From Acidobacteriota bacterium (GTDB taxonomy: Bacteria > Acidobacteriota > CAIWXX01), in assembly GCA_040755995.1 (NCBI GenBank), contig JBFMAF010000055.1, forward strand, positions 64,001 through 128,000: a stretch of DNA of 64,000 bases, written 5' to 3'. Below the pieces are notes generated by a model that did no database searches, had not been told where the DNA came from, and worked only from the letters and a program-made list of their open reading frames with translations. The position numbers and the translations under genes are program-made. The first letter of the stretch is position 1, and every line of letters begins with the position of its first letter. This document shows, piece after piece, positions 19,124 to 29,797 of this stretch.

Positions 19124-20356
19124 ATGCTCGTTCTCGACCTGGTTCAGACGGTGGCATTCGCGGGGGTCGTGTTGTTCGCCGGCTATGGCATCCGGCGCGC
19201 GATCCCGGTGTTGTCTCGCTACAACATCCCGGCTCCGGTGGTGGGCGGCCTGCTGGTGGCCACCGCCGCTCTGATCGCGAGGTGGCGCGGCCTCACGCTC
19301 GTCCAGTTCGACACGACTCTCCAGGCGCCGCTCATGATCGCGTTCTTCACGACTATCGGTTTCGGCGCGAGCCTGGCGCTGCTCAGGGTCGGCGGGCCTG
19401 CCGTGTTCCTCTTCTTCTTCGCTTCGACCGTCGCAGCTCTGATGCAGAACGGGCTGGGCGCAGCTGTCGCGGCGATTCTCGGTCAACACCCGCTGCTCGG
19501 CGTCCTCGCGGGGTCGGTAACGCTGACGGGCGGGCCCGCCACTGGGCTCGCCTTCGCAGCGGAGTTCGAGGCTGCCGGTGTCACCGGCGCTGCCACTGTA
19601 GCCGTAGCCGCGCCCCTGGTAGGGATCGTGTCAGGTGGTCTGCTCGGGGGTCCGATCGCGACATACCTGATCGATCGGCATCGGTTGAGGCGTCAGACGA
19701 GTGTTCGATCCGAGCACAAGATGCCTGTGGCGATGAACCTGGTGGAGGCACAGCTCAAGGAGCCTGTCACGGCAGTGCCGTCGGGCGAGGACGTCGAATC
19801 CTATGTGATGCTGAAGAACCTCGTCGCCATCCTCGTGGCGATGTGGCTCGGGGGGTGGTTGAGCGGCTGGTTCAAGAGCCTGGGGGCGACGCTTCCTGCA
19901 TATATCGGCGCGATGCTCGTCGCGGCCGCCGTCCGCAACCTGGACGACCTGACCGGGTGGATTGGATTGTCGCAACGAATCATCGATGATCTGGGCACGG
20001 TTTCCCTCTCCCTGTTCCTCGTCCTCGCACTGATGACGCTGCGGCTCTGGGAGATCGCGGGCCTGGCTTTGCCGCTCGCCGTCATCCTCGCCGCGCAGGT
20101 GCTGCTCATTGCCGTGCTGTGCCTCTGGCCGATCTACCGGCTGATGGGTCGCGACTACGAGGCCGCGGTCATGTCGTCCGGCTTCTGCGGATTCATGCTG
20201 GGCACTACAGCCAACTCGATGGCCAACATGGAGACGCTGGTCGAGCGGTACGGGCCGGCGCCGAAGGCGTTTCTTGTCGTGCCGATGGTCGGGGCCTTCT
20301 TCATCGATTTCACAAACGCCCTCATTATCACGCTTTTTCTCAACCTCTGGCGCTGA
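19124..20356 (+). CDS. gltS: Sodium/glutamate symporter
   Basis: NIPAPVVGG, FFTTIG, GSVTLTGGPATG, GFMLGTTANSMANM, VPMVGAFFIDF; RBS GGAGGAG. Confidence 0.92.
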   Translation: MLVLDLVQTVAFAGVVLFAGYGIRRAIPVLSRYNIPAPVVGGLLVATAALIARWRGLTLVQFDTTLQAPLMIAFFTTIGFGASLALLRVGGPAVFLFFFASTVAALMQNGLGAAVAAILGQHPLLGVLAGSVTLTGGPATGLAFAAEFEAAGVTGAATVAVAAPLVGIVSGGLLGGPIATYLIDRHRLRRQTSVRSEHKMPVAMNLVEAQLKEPVTAVPSGEDVESYVMLKNLVAILVAMWLGGWLSGWFKSLGATLPAYIGAMLVAAAVRNLDDLTGWIGLSQRIIDDLGTVSLSLFLVLALMTLRLWEIAGLALPLAVILAAQVLLIAVLCLWPIYRLMGRDYEAAVMSSGFCGFMLGTTANSMANMETLVERYGPAPKAFLVVPMVGAFFIDFTNALIITLFLNLWR

Positions 20357-20466
20357 GCTGGCCGGGGGCCGACATTCGACCCCCGCGTCACCCGCTCCGA
20401 CGGGAAGCGCGGGCAGCTCAACGCTGGGAACTGTGCTGCGTGGATGCTGGCAGTCGCCCGGCGTGA

Positions 20467-21801
20467 TCACTGCTGAGGGGTAGACGCCGAGGCCGCCGGT
20501 TGGGCTATCGGCTCTGCCGGCTCACCGATCGGCTGCATGCTCTCCTTCTTCCATCGCATCGCCGTGAGGATGCGGGTGTGGCCGCTCGGGTGGTCGTAGA
20601 AGATGAACTCCTCGATCGGGCCCGGTCTCAGCTTTCTGTACTCTCCCAATTTCAGAGCCACCTCGGCGGCGGCATCGGGCTGCCGGGCAAGATTCAGCGC
20701 GAAGACGTCGGCCTCCACTTCGCCAACTCGGATGTACGTGTTGTTGACCGGGGTGAGAACGAAAAAGAAGATCGAAAAGATGAAGAAGAAGAGAGGCATC
20801 CCGGCGACATCCCCGATGCCGCTCACCTTCCACGCTGCGCCCCACTTGCCAACCGCCCAGTTGAAAGCCCATCGGACGAATGCAAATCCGACAACGATGA
20901 CTATGGAGAAGTAGAGGATCCCCTTGTAGATATGGTTCATGACGTAATGTCCCATCTCATGAGCCATGACGTGTTCGATCTCGGGAAGCGTACAGCGATT
21001 CAGCAGGTTGTCATTCAGGGCGATCCGCTCGGTTCCGAGGAACCCACTGACGTTGGCGGAGACACGCTTCGTCTGTTTGGACGCGTCGAACATCATGACG
21101 TCGGAGACTGTGATCATGTTCATGCGCGCCATCCTCAGAATCGGCTCACTGATGGCAGGCTTGTCGAGAGGCTTGTACTCGTTGAACAGGGGGTCGATGA
21201 AGACCGGTCCAACGAGCAACAGGAGGATCAGGATCGCCACTCCCACCACCGAACCCCATATCCACCACGTCTGTGTGAGTTTGCGGAAGATGCCGTACAG
21301 AATGGGCATGGCAATGAGACCCACGATCACGCCGACCAGATCGCCTTTCATCTCATCACCCAGCCAGCCCGCGAACGTTTGATTGCTGAGCCCGTACTTG
21401 TGCTCTCGAAAGAAGCCTGTGTAAAGCGACCAGGGAAAGAAAACGGCTGTGCTTATCAGGAAGTAGCCCAGCCAGTAGATCATCGTCTGCAGAGGCTTGC
21501 GGCGCGTGATACGTTCAGCGAAATCCCTCAGTCCAGCCGAGATTCGGGAGGCAAGCAGCAGGAATGCGAATGCCGCGCCGAGCAGGAATTCCCACAGCTG
21601 AATCCAGTATCCGCCCTCGAAGTAGGCATCGCTCCTGGCCTTCTGATCCGTCGTCTGTTTCGCCAGGAACGCTTCGGTCGCCGCGACCGGGTCGGATTCG
21701 CCAGAGGCGGGGACGGCCGCCTCCTGCGCCGCAACCACCGCGGCCATGGAACACAAGATACACGCAGCGATTGCTGCGGCCAACCGCGTCTTCTTGGCCA
21801 T
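20467..21801 (-). CDS. M48 family (Ste24-like) membrane metallopeptidase
   Basis: HEMGH zinc motif, EVEAD, DHPS, multiple TM segments. Confidence 0.92.
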   Translation of the reverse strand: MAKKTRLAAAIAACILCSMAAVVAAQEAAVPASGESDPVAATEAFLAKQTTDQKARSDAYFEGGYWIQLWEFLLGAAFAFLLLASRISAGLRDFAERITRRKPLQTMIYWLGYFLISTAVFFPWSLYTGFFREHKYGLSNQTFAGWLGDEMKGDLVGVIVGLIAMPILYGIFRKLTQTWWIWGSVVGVAILILLLLVGPVFIDPLFNEYKPLDKPAISEPILRMARMNMITVSDVMMFDASKQTKRVSANVSGFLGTERIALNDNLLNRCTLPEIEHVMAHEMGHYVMNHIYKGILYFSIVIVVGFAFVRWAFNWAVGKWGAAWKVSGIGDVAGMPLFFFIFSIFFFVLTPVNNTYIRVGEVEADVFALNLARQPDAAAEVALKLGEYRKLRPGPIEEFIFYDHPSGHTRILTAMRWKKESMQPIGEPAEPIAQPAASASTPQQ

Positions 21802-22006
21802 GACTTCTTCTCCCTTTATGAAGCCTGTCAATACTCAGTTCACAATACGTGACAGTCCCACGAATAGTTCTTCCATGGTGCGGCTGGGGCAGGTCGAGCA
21901 GTCGGTGCGCGGCAGAAGACACTTCGACCGGTCGAGCATCCCAGAGGAGCGTGCCGCCGGCCAGCGCCTCTTCAGCCGGGCCGGCGGCAGGAGATCGCGG
22001 CGGAGC

Positions 22007-24160
22007 CTACTTGGCCTGGGGGTCGGCCGTGGCTGTCGCGGGCAACAAACCCCGGCGCTTCAGCAGCGGCTCGATCTTGGGATCCGCGCCGCGGAACTTC
22101 CGGTAGAGGGCTGCGGCGTCGTCGGTGCCGCTCTTGGCGAGAACGTTCGTTCGGAACGCCTGCGCGGTTGCGCGATCGAAGAGCCCTTTCTCTTTGAACG
22201 CCTCGAAGGCATCGGCGTCGAGGACCTCCGCCCAGACGTAGCTGTAGTAGCCGGCGGCATACCCCCCGATGATGTGCTGGAAGTATGGGCAGCGGTACCG
22301 CGGCAGGATCTCCCGAATCAAGCCGATCCGCTTCATGGACTCGGACTCAAACGCGTTGAGGTCGGCCTGCACCGGCACGGTGACAGTGTGCAGATCCATG
22401 TCCAGGATGCATGCCGCGAGGTATTCCACCGTCTCGAACCCCTGGTTGAACTGCTTACTCTTCTTGAGCTTCTCGACCAGATCCTGCGGGATGGTCTCAC
22501 CCGTCTTGTAGTGTTTTGCATAGAGCTTGAGCATCTCTGGCTCCAGCGCCCAGTTCTCCATGATCTGCGACGGCAGTTCCACCGAGTCCAGCGACTCGGC
22601 CCGGTAGCGATAATCGCAATTCGAGAACAGGCTGTTCAACGCATGTCCGAACTCGTGGAAGAATGTGTCGACGTCGTCGAGGGTCAGGAGAGACGGCTCG
22701 TCGGAAGTCGGTTTTGAGAAATTTCCGACAAGGGTGGCGATCGGCGTTATGTTCTTCCCGTCGATCCGATACTGGTCTCGGAAGCCCCCCGACCAGGCGC
22801 CGGCTCGTTTCCCGGGCCTCGGGAAGAAATCCATGCACAGGATGCCGATGTGGCGCCCGTCGGCTTCCTGCACCTCGAAGACCTGCACGTCCGGGTGGTA
22901 CTTGGGCATGTCGGTCCTGGGGATGAACTTAATCCCGTACAGCTTCTCGCAGAGGGTGAAGATGCCGTCTCTGACGTTGTTCAGCATGAAATATGGACGC
23001 AGCACCGAGTCATCGAACTCGTACCTGGCCTTCTTGAGCTTCTCGGCGTAGAACCACCAGTCCCAGGGCTCGATCGCGAAGTCGCCGCCCTCCTTGCGAG
23101 CGAGCGCCTGCAGCTCGGCGGCCTCCCGCCTCGCCATCGGCAACGCGCCGTCCCAAAGCTGCTTCAGGAACCTGTTCACTGCTTCCGGGTTCTTGGCCAT
23201 GTTGGTCTCGAGAGCGTAGGCGGCGTAGTTCGGATAGCCGAGCAGCTTCGAGCTCTCGATCCGGAGGTTGATGATCTTCCGCAGGATCTCCTTGTTGTCC
23301 TTGTCGTCGTCGTGGTTGCAGCGCATGAAGTACGCGGTGTAGAGCTTCTCACGAAGCGGGCGATTCTCCGAGTACTGCAGGAAGGGGATCATGCTGGGCT
23401 TGTGCGTCGTAAAGACCCACTTGCCGTCAAGCTCCGCCTGCTTGGCGTCGTCTAACGCTCCGGCAACCACCGTCGGCGGCAGCCCGGTCAGTTCGGTAGC
23501 GGTGTCGATCGTCAGCCGAAATCCGTTGGTCTCGGCGAGCACGTTGTTGCCGAACTTCACGCGGAGCACCGAGAGCTCCTGGTTGATCTCGCGAAGCCTG
23601 GCCTTCTGCTTCTCGTCCAGCTTGGCGCCTGCGCGCACGAATTCCTTGTAGAGCGATTCGAGCAGAAACCTCTGCTCGGGAGTCAGCGACAACTTCTCCC
23701 GCGCCTGGTACACGGCATCGAGTCGCCTGAAGAGCTTCTCGTTCTGGGCGATGCTGTCGCGATGGGCGGACAACTTCGGCGCGATCTCCTGGGCAATCGC
23801 CTGCATCTCTTCGTTGGTCTCGGCAGAATACAGGCTGAAGAACGTCGCGCTGACTTCGTAAAGGAGCAGCCCGGTCTTGTCCAGACGGTCGAAGGTGTTC
23901 TTGAAATCGGGCTGAGCCGGATCGGCGAGCAAGGCGTCAATCTCCGCCAGCTGCCGCCTCATCCCTTCCTCGAAGGCCGGCATGTAATGCTCGTTCCTGA
24001 TTCGATCGAACGGCGGCGTGTCGAACGGCGTGTTGTACGGCTTGAGAAACGGGTTGTCGGCGGCGCGCGTCTTCTCCTCCGCCGCGAGGCCGACGTGCGG
24101 TACCTGGACGGCCATGAGGATAAGAGCGCACAGCAGCACCGTGGCTGCCTTTGTATCCAT
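22007..24160 (-). CDS. dcp: M3 family peptidyl-dipeptidase (Dcp-like), secreted
   Basis: NPFL..TPPFD, HEFGH, VELPSQIMENW, GYAAGYYSYVWAEVLDAD; signal peptide. Confidence 0.9.
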   Translation of the reverse strand: MDTKAATVLLCALILMAVQVPHVGLAAEEKTRAADNPFLKPYNTPFDTPPFDRIRNEHYMPAFEEGMRRQLAEIDALLADPAQPDFKNTFDRLDKTGLLLYEVSATFFSLYSAETNEEMQAIAQEIAPKLSAHRDSIAQNEKLFRRLDAVYQAREKLSLTPEQRFLLESLYKEFVRAGAKLDEKQKARLREINQELSVLRVKFGNNVLAETNGFRLTIDTATELTGLPPTVVAGALDDAKQAELDGKWVFTTHKPSMIPFLQYSENRPLREKLYTAYFMRCNHDDDKDNKEILRKIINLRIESSKLLGYPNYAAYALETNMAKNPEAVNRFLKQLWDGALPMARREAAELQALARKEGGDFAIEPWDWWFYAEKLKKARYEFDDSVLRPYFMLNNVRDGIFTLCEKLYGIKFIPRTDMPKYHPDVQVFEVQEADGRHIGILCMDFFPRPGKRAGAWSGGFRDQYRIDGKNITPIATLVGNFSKPTSDEPSLLTLDDVDTFFHEFGHALNSLFSNCDYRYRAESLDSVELPSQIMENWALEPEMLKLYAKHYKTGETIPQDLVEKLKKSKQFNQGFETVEYLAACILDMDLHTVTVPVQADLNAFESESMKRIGLIREILPRYRCPYFQHIIGGYAAGYYSYVWAEVLDADAFEAFKEKGLFDRATAQAFRTNVLAKSGTDDAAALYRKFRGADPKIEPLLKRRGLLPATATADPQAK

Positions 24161-24374
24161 GATCTGTAACCTCCTGTGATGACGAATCAGTGCATTCCGT
24201 AGGCTATATGGATTCCTGCAGGTATGAACCGGCACCCGACGGTGTCGTCTCGATCGAAGGCACCCGCAGCTTGCTCTGCGCAAGGGCTCGCCGGTCATTC
24301 ATCCCGTCGGACCCGAATCGCTGCAAGACATCCGTCGCATTCTATCAGATCAGTTGCCCGCCGGCGATTCAACG

Positions 24375-24522
24375 GGCAACAACGACAACGACAACCAACC
24401 CCGATCGTTGATTGCGGCAGAGGGCTTGACACACCTGGGGGAGGGCCCGGAGGCCGCACCCGAATCGTACCCGTTCCCGACCCCTCATTCTCGGGTACGC
24501 GAACAGGTACGGGTACGGGCAC
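24375..24522. repeat. Hexamer arrays: AACGAC run, then GTACCC GTTCCC GACCCC facing GGGTAC GCGAAC AGGTAC GGGTAC GGGCAC (inverted)
   Basis: Read directly in the long divergent spacer between dcp and the ankyrin gene. Confidence 0.7.
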
Positions 24523-24854
24523 CGTCAGCACGCATGATCGAGAGGACGTCAACAGCTCAAGGTCGCCCCCCCCAATTCCGTTACGCGCACATCGCGGCAT
24601 CGCGGCGCTATCCCTTGCTGCCGAGTCTACAGCGACGTATACTGACGCGCAGATGTCCAAACGGATCGACCGGGCCGAAGATCTTGCCGAAGGAGGGGAG
24701 GGAGCCGTGCCGGTTTCGGGAGATAGGAGCTGCCGGCGTCGCCAGGCGGGGACGCCGGCTCGCGGAGCCAGACCGGTGTGCTTCTCGACTCCACGTTACT
24801 ACTATCGTAGTAATCTCTCCGATCGGATCGAGTGATGTGCAAGGAGGGTCGACG

Positions 24855-26270
24855 GTGCTGAAAGGTGTTCGACTTGCCCCCATGGGGCTGGTGATCGGAA
24901 TGTGGCTGGGCGGCTGCGCGCCGGCCGGCTCCCAGGAGTCAGATTCCGCCTGGCAACAGGCCCTCGAGTGGGCCGGTGCCCAGGATCTGCTGAAGGAATC
25001 GCTGTTCCCCGAGGCCGGGCCGGCCCCCGTTCTGGAGTCGGGTCAGTATCTGGTCCGCCTGAGCATTCATGACGCGTGGATGGAGTTTCCGGTGGAGATC
25101 GACATTCTTGGGAGCTACCGCGGCGCGCCGGCGCGGCTTGCGTACCGCACGGTGGCGTTGCTGGGGACGCGGGAGCAGCTTGCTTTACAACACCTCGGGC
25201 GGGTGGCCGGAGGCCAGGAGATTCTCTCGTCAGACTGGCTCATCGAGGATCTCTCGTTCGGGGAGAAAGAGAACCCCTCGTTCGACCCGGTCGTCCTGAT
25301 GCACGAACTGACGCAGATCAAGGTGCCGGTCCTGCCCATGGAACCCGGCAGCATCACGGTGGATCCCACCTCCTACATTCTCGAGTTCTACAGCGGCCCG
25401 GGGAGCCCCAGCGTCCGCTGCCTGATCCTGGGCGGTCTCTTCCACCGCGAAGAACTGATCATCAAGGATGGTGCGGGCGGGCATCCTGACCCGTTCGTCA
25501 GCTGGCTTCAGAGGCTCTACGTTCGGCTCCACAGCGAGTGGAAGAAACGGATGTCGGAGGCCGGCTACAGGCAGCTACTCGACAGAATCGACCTGAAGAG
25601 GGATGGGGCGATGTGGTTTGGCGGTGCATGTGTGGAGCGCTGGTCGGGCTTCACCCATGCGCTCCTCCGTGCCGGACTGGACCTCAACCGGCCGGGGCCC
25701 GACGGCGTGCCGCCGCTGGTGGCGGCAGCCGGGTCGGGAGACACGTCTCTGCTGCTGCGATTTCTGTCGGGCGGGGTCTCTCCGAATGTCACGGCCACCT
25801 CCGGGGAGACGCCGCTGATGCGGGCGGCGAGATCAGGGTCGTTCGCCATGGTCAAGATGCTCCTTGCCAACGGCGCGCGTCTTCACGCGCAGACCGCCGC
25901 CGGCGGGTACTCTGAAACCGCTCTTGATTGCGCCGTGGAGTCCGGCTCAGTCGACCTCGTGCGCTTTCTGCTCGAGCGCGGCGCCAGGCAGGCGAAGGGC
26001 GACGTCGAAACACCTCCGCTCTTGTTCTGGGCGATCAATCACGACGACCCTGCTCTGCTGGCGCTTCTGGTGGAGTACGGTTGGAGTGTGCACCAGGCAT
26101 ATCGCGGCTTGACGCCGCTGGCGCATGCCGTGGAAGGCAGCAGACTCAAGGCTGTGCGCCTTCTGCTGGACCGCGGGGCTCGAGTGGACGCGAAAGATAT
26201 GAGCAAAGCCGTCGAGCGCGGTGATGACGAGCTCGTGACTCTGCTCAAGAGGGCGTTGCAGAAGAAGTGA
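24855..26270 (+). CDS. Ankyrin-repeat lipoprotein
   Basis: RBS AAGGAGG then GTG 24855; lipobox LGGC; C-terminal ankyrin repeats (GETPLMRAA, ETALDCAV, GLTPLAHAV). Confidence 0.8.
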   Translation: MLKGVRLAPMGLVIGMWLGGCAPAGSQESDSAWQQALEWAGAQDLLKESLFPEAGPAPVLESGQYLVRLSIHDAWMEFPVEIDILGSYRGAPARLAYRTVALLGTREQLALQHLGRVAGGQEILSSDWLIEDLSFGEKENPSFDPVVLMHELTQIKVPVLPMEPGSITVDPTSYILEFYSGPGSPSVRCLILGGLFHREELIIKDGAGGHPDPFVSWLQRLYVRLHSEWKKRMSEAGYRQLLDRIDLKRDGAMWFGGACVERWSGFTHALLRAGLDLNRPGPDGVPPLVAAAGSGDTSLLLRFLSGGVSPNVTATSGETPLMRAARSGSFAMVKMLLANGARLHAQTAAGGYSETALDCAVESGSVDLVRFLLERGARQAKGDVETPPLLFWAINHDDPALLALLVEYGWSVHQAYRGLTPLAHAVEGSRLKAVRLLLDRGARVDAKDMSKAVERGDDELVTLLKRALQKK

Positions 26271-26408
26271 TGTGATCGAACTTGCCCGATCACTCCTCGC
26301 GCCGATAGTCCTGTGGAGGAAGGCAGGGGGCGCCCTTCAGCGCGCCTCTATGCGCGTTTCCCTGCGTCGTCTCGTATGTGCGACTCGGCTGCATGGCGAG
26401 CGGCCCTG

Positions 26409-27188
26409 TCAGCGTCCCAGGTCCATTGCCGCTCTGAGGCTGAACGGAACCTGCTGCGACTTGAGCCCCTGCCAGATGTCGAACTCGATTGCGGCTGTTT
26501 TCAGCACGGCCGGCACGTCGTAGGAGACCTGGGCTTCGCCTCCTGACTGGAACGTCATCGAGCGATGAGCCTCCAGATCGACGCCCTTGGCATCCAGGAA
26601 TCGCATGCCCTTGATGGTTGCCAAGATGGAGCTGGGCAGTGTCAGGGTCAGGCTCATGCTCTCGGCCTCGGCCGTCACCTCGCTCACGCTGATCGTCGTC
26701 TTCCCGAGCTTGAACGTAGCACCGTTCTCCAGCTTCACGTTCGTGACCTTCTGAGGCTTGGAACCCGTCGCCGATGTGAAGACGAGAACACCCTGGGCCG
26801 ACACGGATGTCGCCCCCGCCGCCGGCCGGCCTCGCGTGGTCACTTCCAACATTCCCACAGTCCCGTCCTTGGCGATCTTGGGGAACGGACCGAAGTCGAC
26901 CTCTTCCATGAGATTCGTGCCCTTGTCGTCGGTGACCGAAGTCAATGAGCATGCATCATCGTCGATCTCGACGATGCCCGCTTTCGGGGGCACCTTGAAG
27001 ACCAGCACGAGTGTCGTGCCGGCCTGAACGTCGAACGGTCTGAGCTCCGTCCCGTCCTCACCAAACCCGGGCCCCGTGATCCGCACTCCCGCGATTGAGA
27101 CCTGCACTCCGCCAGCCGCCTGCTGGGCAAGCGCGAACCTGCCGACAACGATCAGGCTGAGAAACACGAGAAGGACTCTCCTTGTCAT
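26409..27188 (-). CDS. Secreted hypothetical beta-rich protein
   Basis: Signal peptide MTRRVLLVFLSLIVVGRFALA; 259-aa ORF with gene-like codon usage. Confidence 0.7.
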   Translation of the reverse strand: MTRRVLLVFLSLIVVGRFALAQQAAGGVQVSIAGVRITGPGFGEDGTELRPFDVQAGTTLVLVFKVPPKAGIVEIDDDACSLTSVTDDKGTNLMEEVDFGPFPKIAKDGTVGMLEVTTRGRPAAGATSVSAQGVLVFTSATGSKPQKVTNVKLENGATFKLGKTTISVSEVTAEAESMSLTLTLPSSILATIKGMRFLDAKGVDLEAHRSMTFQSGGEAQVSYDVPAVLKTAAIEFDIWQGLKSQQVPFSLRAAMDLGR

Positions 27189-27405
27189 GGCGCTCCTTTC
27201 ATTCTGAAAATCCCGCCCCGAATCCTGGGTCGGAATCTATCGGGCCTCTCCGCAATAGTCAATGGCGGCCCCCGACCGATCAGCCGGTAGGAGGCGCTTC
27301 CGAGAACCGCGTTCGGATGATATCATGTGATCGGAAGCGGTTCGTAAGGGTGAGAACACACATTTGGAGAAAGGTGCGCGAGAACAATGGAGGGAAAGGA
27401 CATCC

Positions 27406-28011
27406 ATGACTAGGCGGTCGGCAACACACTTCCTCTGTGCGATGGCTTTCTTCTGGAGCGCCTGGGGCTGGGCTGAGGATCCGCCGGCTGCTCCTGGCGA
27501 GTCGGATGAAGAAAGAAAGGGCGCGTTCGAATCTCATGACCTCAACGCTGACGGGGTCCTGTCGAAGGAGGAGTACGCGGCTGCGCAAGGACGCGAGTTC
27601 GAGGTCGCCGACGCGAATGCCGACGGCCGGCTGTCGCTCGAAGAGTACCAGGCGATGGCCTTGGCGCAGCATGCGCGCGCAGACGCGGATCGTGACGGCG
27701 TCGTGACGATGGAGGAGCACCATGGACACCACCTTGGCGACGGCGACTACTCCGACCCGCCCCAGGCCGAGGGCGTCGCCGCAGCCGCGGACGGATCCCT
27801 CTCCACCCTCGACTATCACGTCTTCGTGGACTCCGTGATATTCAACACCGCCGACTCGGACCACGATTTCAAGCAGACGATGGACGAGGCCAAGTGGGCC
27901 GCCGAGCAGCGGTTCAGGCAGATGAACGCAGATCGCGACCCTTACGTGTCCCGCCAGGAGTACCTCATCTACGCCGTGGATCTCCCGTTCAAGCACCGCA
28001 CGCAGAAGTAG
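27406..28011 (+). CDS. Secreted EF-hand calcium-binding protein
   Basis: Signal peptide; loops DLNADGVLSKEE, DANADGRLSLEE, DADRDGVVTMEE and further degenerate copies. Confidence 0.8.
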   Translation: MTRRSATHFLCAMAFFWSAWGWAEDPPAAPGESDEERKGAFESHDLNADGVLSKEEYAAAQGREFEVADANADGRLSLEEYQAMALAQHARADADRDGVVTMEEHHGHHLGDGDYSDPPQAEGVAAAADGSLSTLDYHVFVDSVIFNTADSDHDFKQTMDEAKWAAEQRFRQMNADRDPYVSRQEYLIYAVDLPFKHRTQK

Positions 28012-28132
28012 GGCGCTCGCGAGTTCGGAGCGGCTCGCCACGATGGCTCGTGGTCGCGGAGTCCGGCGGCCGCGACCTGCACTTCACCAGGCCGCCGGAC
28101 GAAGCCCGTGCCTTGTGCGACGTGCGCAATGA

Positions 28133-28181
28133 CGCGGTGACGGGGAACGCGGAAAGGCTCTTAGCAGCGTCTCCGCGTCAC
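28133..28181. repeat. Bipartite inverted octamer array (CGCGGTGA CGGGGAA CGCGGAAA / TCTCCGCG TCAC)
   Basis: Read directly, just upstream of the tRNA-Arg promoter. Confidence 0.6.
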
Positions 28182-28186
28182 ATTGT

Positions 28187-28216
28187 TTGACAGCCGCGAA
28201 TCGCGTGTGCTACGTT
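28187..28216 (+). promoter_or_regulatory. sigma70-type promoter for tRNA-Arg (TTGACA-N18-TACGTT, TGn extension)
   Basis: Hexamers at 28187-28192 and 28211-28216, 11 nt before the tRNA. Confidence 0.65.
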
Positions 28217-28227
28217 TGAATCTGGAT

Positions 28228-28304
28228 GCGCCCGTAGCTCAGTTGGATAGAGCGACTGACTACGAATCAGTAGGTCGGGAGTTCGAGCCTCTCCGGGCGC
28301 GCCA
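28228..28304 (+). tRNA. tRNA-Arg (anticodon ACG)
   Basis: GCGCCCG acceptor stem, D-loop AGTTGGATAGA, anticodon arm ACTGA-CT-ACG-AA-TCAGT, TTCGA T-loop, encoded CCA. Confidence 0.97.
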
Positions 28305-28604
28305 TTTATCAAGTACTTAGACGTGATCTCGCAAGTGAGCAGCTCCCGTGTCACGCGGGCCCGGCTTGCGTGTCCTGCCACGATCGATGGCGCCGGGGCA
28401 GCCGCTGCGTTCCGCGTGATCGACTCTGCCGGTGTGCCTGTGCAGCTGGTGCCCACACCGTAACGCAAGGCCAGGAGCACGATCCTCGATCTGTACACAC
28501 CTGAGGCTGTGCTGCATCACCCTCGCGCCACGCGCTCCCTGCGCTATTCTGGGCTCCGCCCAGACCAGCGGCTTATCCGCGCTGCCGAAGGGCGGGACTG
28601 TTCT

Positions 28605-28898
28605 TCAGTCTACCGAAAACGACGGACGTTGCAGACGCCCTGAGAACGAAGCGTGTCGAAGCCTGCTCTCGAGCAGGTCGTCACTGCTGGCGAGTATGTG
28701 GGAGTACTTGCCGGCCAGGGCGTCGACGCGTGCGCACCACTCGACCTGCGATGGCTCTTCTTCGGTCGCCTCGGTAGCAGGGACGGCGAGGAAGCGATGC
28801 CCGTTCTCGAGTTCCACCCAGACCCGCTCGCCTCTTTCAACGCATTCAGCGCTCTCAGCGAGCTCCGGCGATGCTTCAACTCCGGCCATTCGTTTCAT
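28605..28898 (-). CDS. Small hypothetical protein, possibly Phd/YefM-like antitoxin
   Basis: RBS GGAGG and a strong promoter; ELAESAECVERGERVWV resembles the Phd N-terminal pattern. Weak call. Confidence 0.4.
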   Translation of the reverse strand: MKRMAGVEASPELAESAECVERGERVWVELENGHRFLAVPATEATEEEPSQVEWCARVDALAGKYSHILASSDDLLESRLRHASFSGRLQRPSFSVD

Positions 28899-28937
28899 TC
28901 GGCGCCTCCGTTTGTTGCTGCCCTCAACTCTGCAGAC

Positions 28938-28965
28938 AATATAGTCCCCCACGGAGATATGTCAA
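28938..28965 (-). promoter_or_regulatory. sigma70-type promoter (TTGACA-N16-TATATT)
   Basis: Minus-strand hexamers at 28965-28960 and 28943-28938. Confidence 0.55.
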
Positions 28966-29088
28966 CGGGCCTTGATGAATGAGAGCCTTCCTGACCGTCT
29001 TGTCGCGCGTCGCGCGGAGATGACTTCCGCGTCAGAGAACCGAATCCCGTGTTTCTTCAGATTGGCCGCTGCCTTCTAATCCCGCTTG

Positions 29089-29508
29089 TCAACGGCGTCG
29101 GCCGATGGGCACGACCTTTTTCTGAGTCCGTTCCTCGACAGCTTCTCGCATCTGGGTGATGTCCATCGGCGAGTAGTGACGCTCTGTCACCCGCACATCG
29201 GAATGACCGAGCAATCTCGAAGCCATCAGCAAGCCGGCCTGCTGCGTAATGTCGCGGCCGAAGGTCCTTCGCACATCGTGTATGCTGACGCCGGGAATCC
29301 GCGCGGCTCTCCTGAGCGTGTTCCAGTGGTTCTTTATGTCTTGCCTTGATCTTGACAAATCGCGTCCTGGCAGGATGAATGGGCTGTTCCGGGGAAGAGC
29401 CTTCAGGATCTCCAATGTGACCTGCGGGAGAGGTTTGACCTGTGGCAGCCCGCCTTTGGGGTTGGGGATTCGCCACTCCGCAGCCTGGAAGCCGATATCT
29501 TCCCGCAC
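29089..29508 (-). pseudogene. Tyrosine recombinase/integrase, C-terminal remnant
   Basis: WRIP..K, HDVRRT, LLGHSD and catalytic Tyr (TERHY) present; the N-terminal domains and first catalytic Arg are not in frame. Confidence 0.82.
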
Positions 29509-29797
29509 GACTCATCGCGGTGCTGCACCCTTTCACCAACAGAATTGAAAGGACACCGCGGAGGGAAATGGAGATCGCTCGGCGCCGAGGGATCGATTCC
29601 CTGGAATGGCTGGGACGATGAAACATCGAGACTTCGCAACTTCGCAAACTTTCGGTTGCATTCCCTGGCGGGACGGTAATAGAATTTCGGCCGGTGCCCG
29701 CGGGCATTCGACGCGGCTCCAGTGAGGTCCGGGCGGCCGATGGGATGGCAACACGAATTTCCCGGGCCCGGGGCGGAATCATGGGAATGCGGGGGAA

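Noticed and set aside
24354..24854. N-terminal 167 aa of the 638-aa ORF
   Set aside because: It translates repeat-rich intergenic DNA; the RBS and lipoprotein signal indicate a start at 24855.
28305..29797. attL/attR duplication of the tRNA-Arg 3' end
   Set aside because: Only an 8-nt match (TCCGGGCG, ~29728) was found by eye, too short to support.
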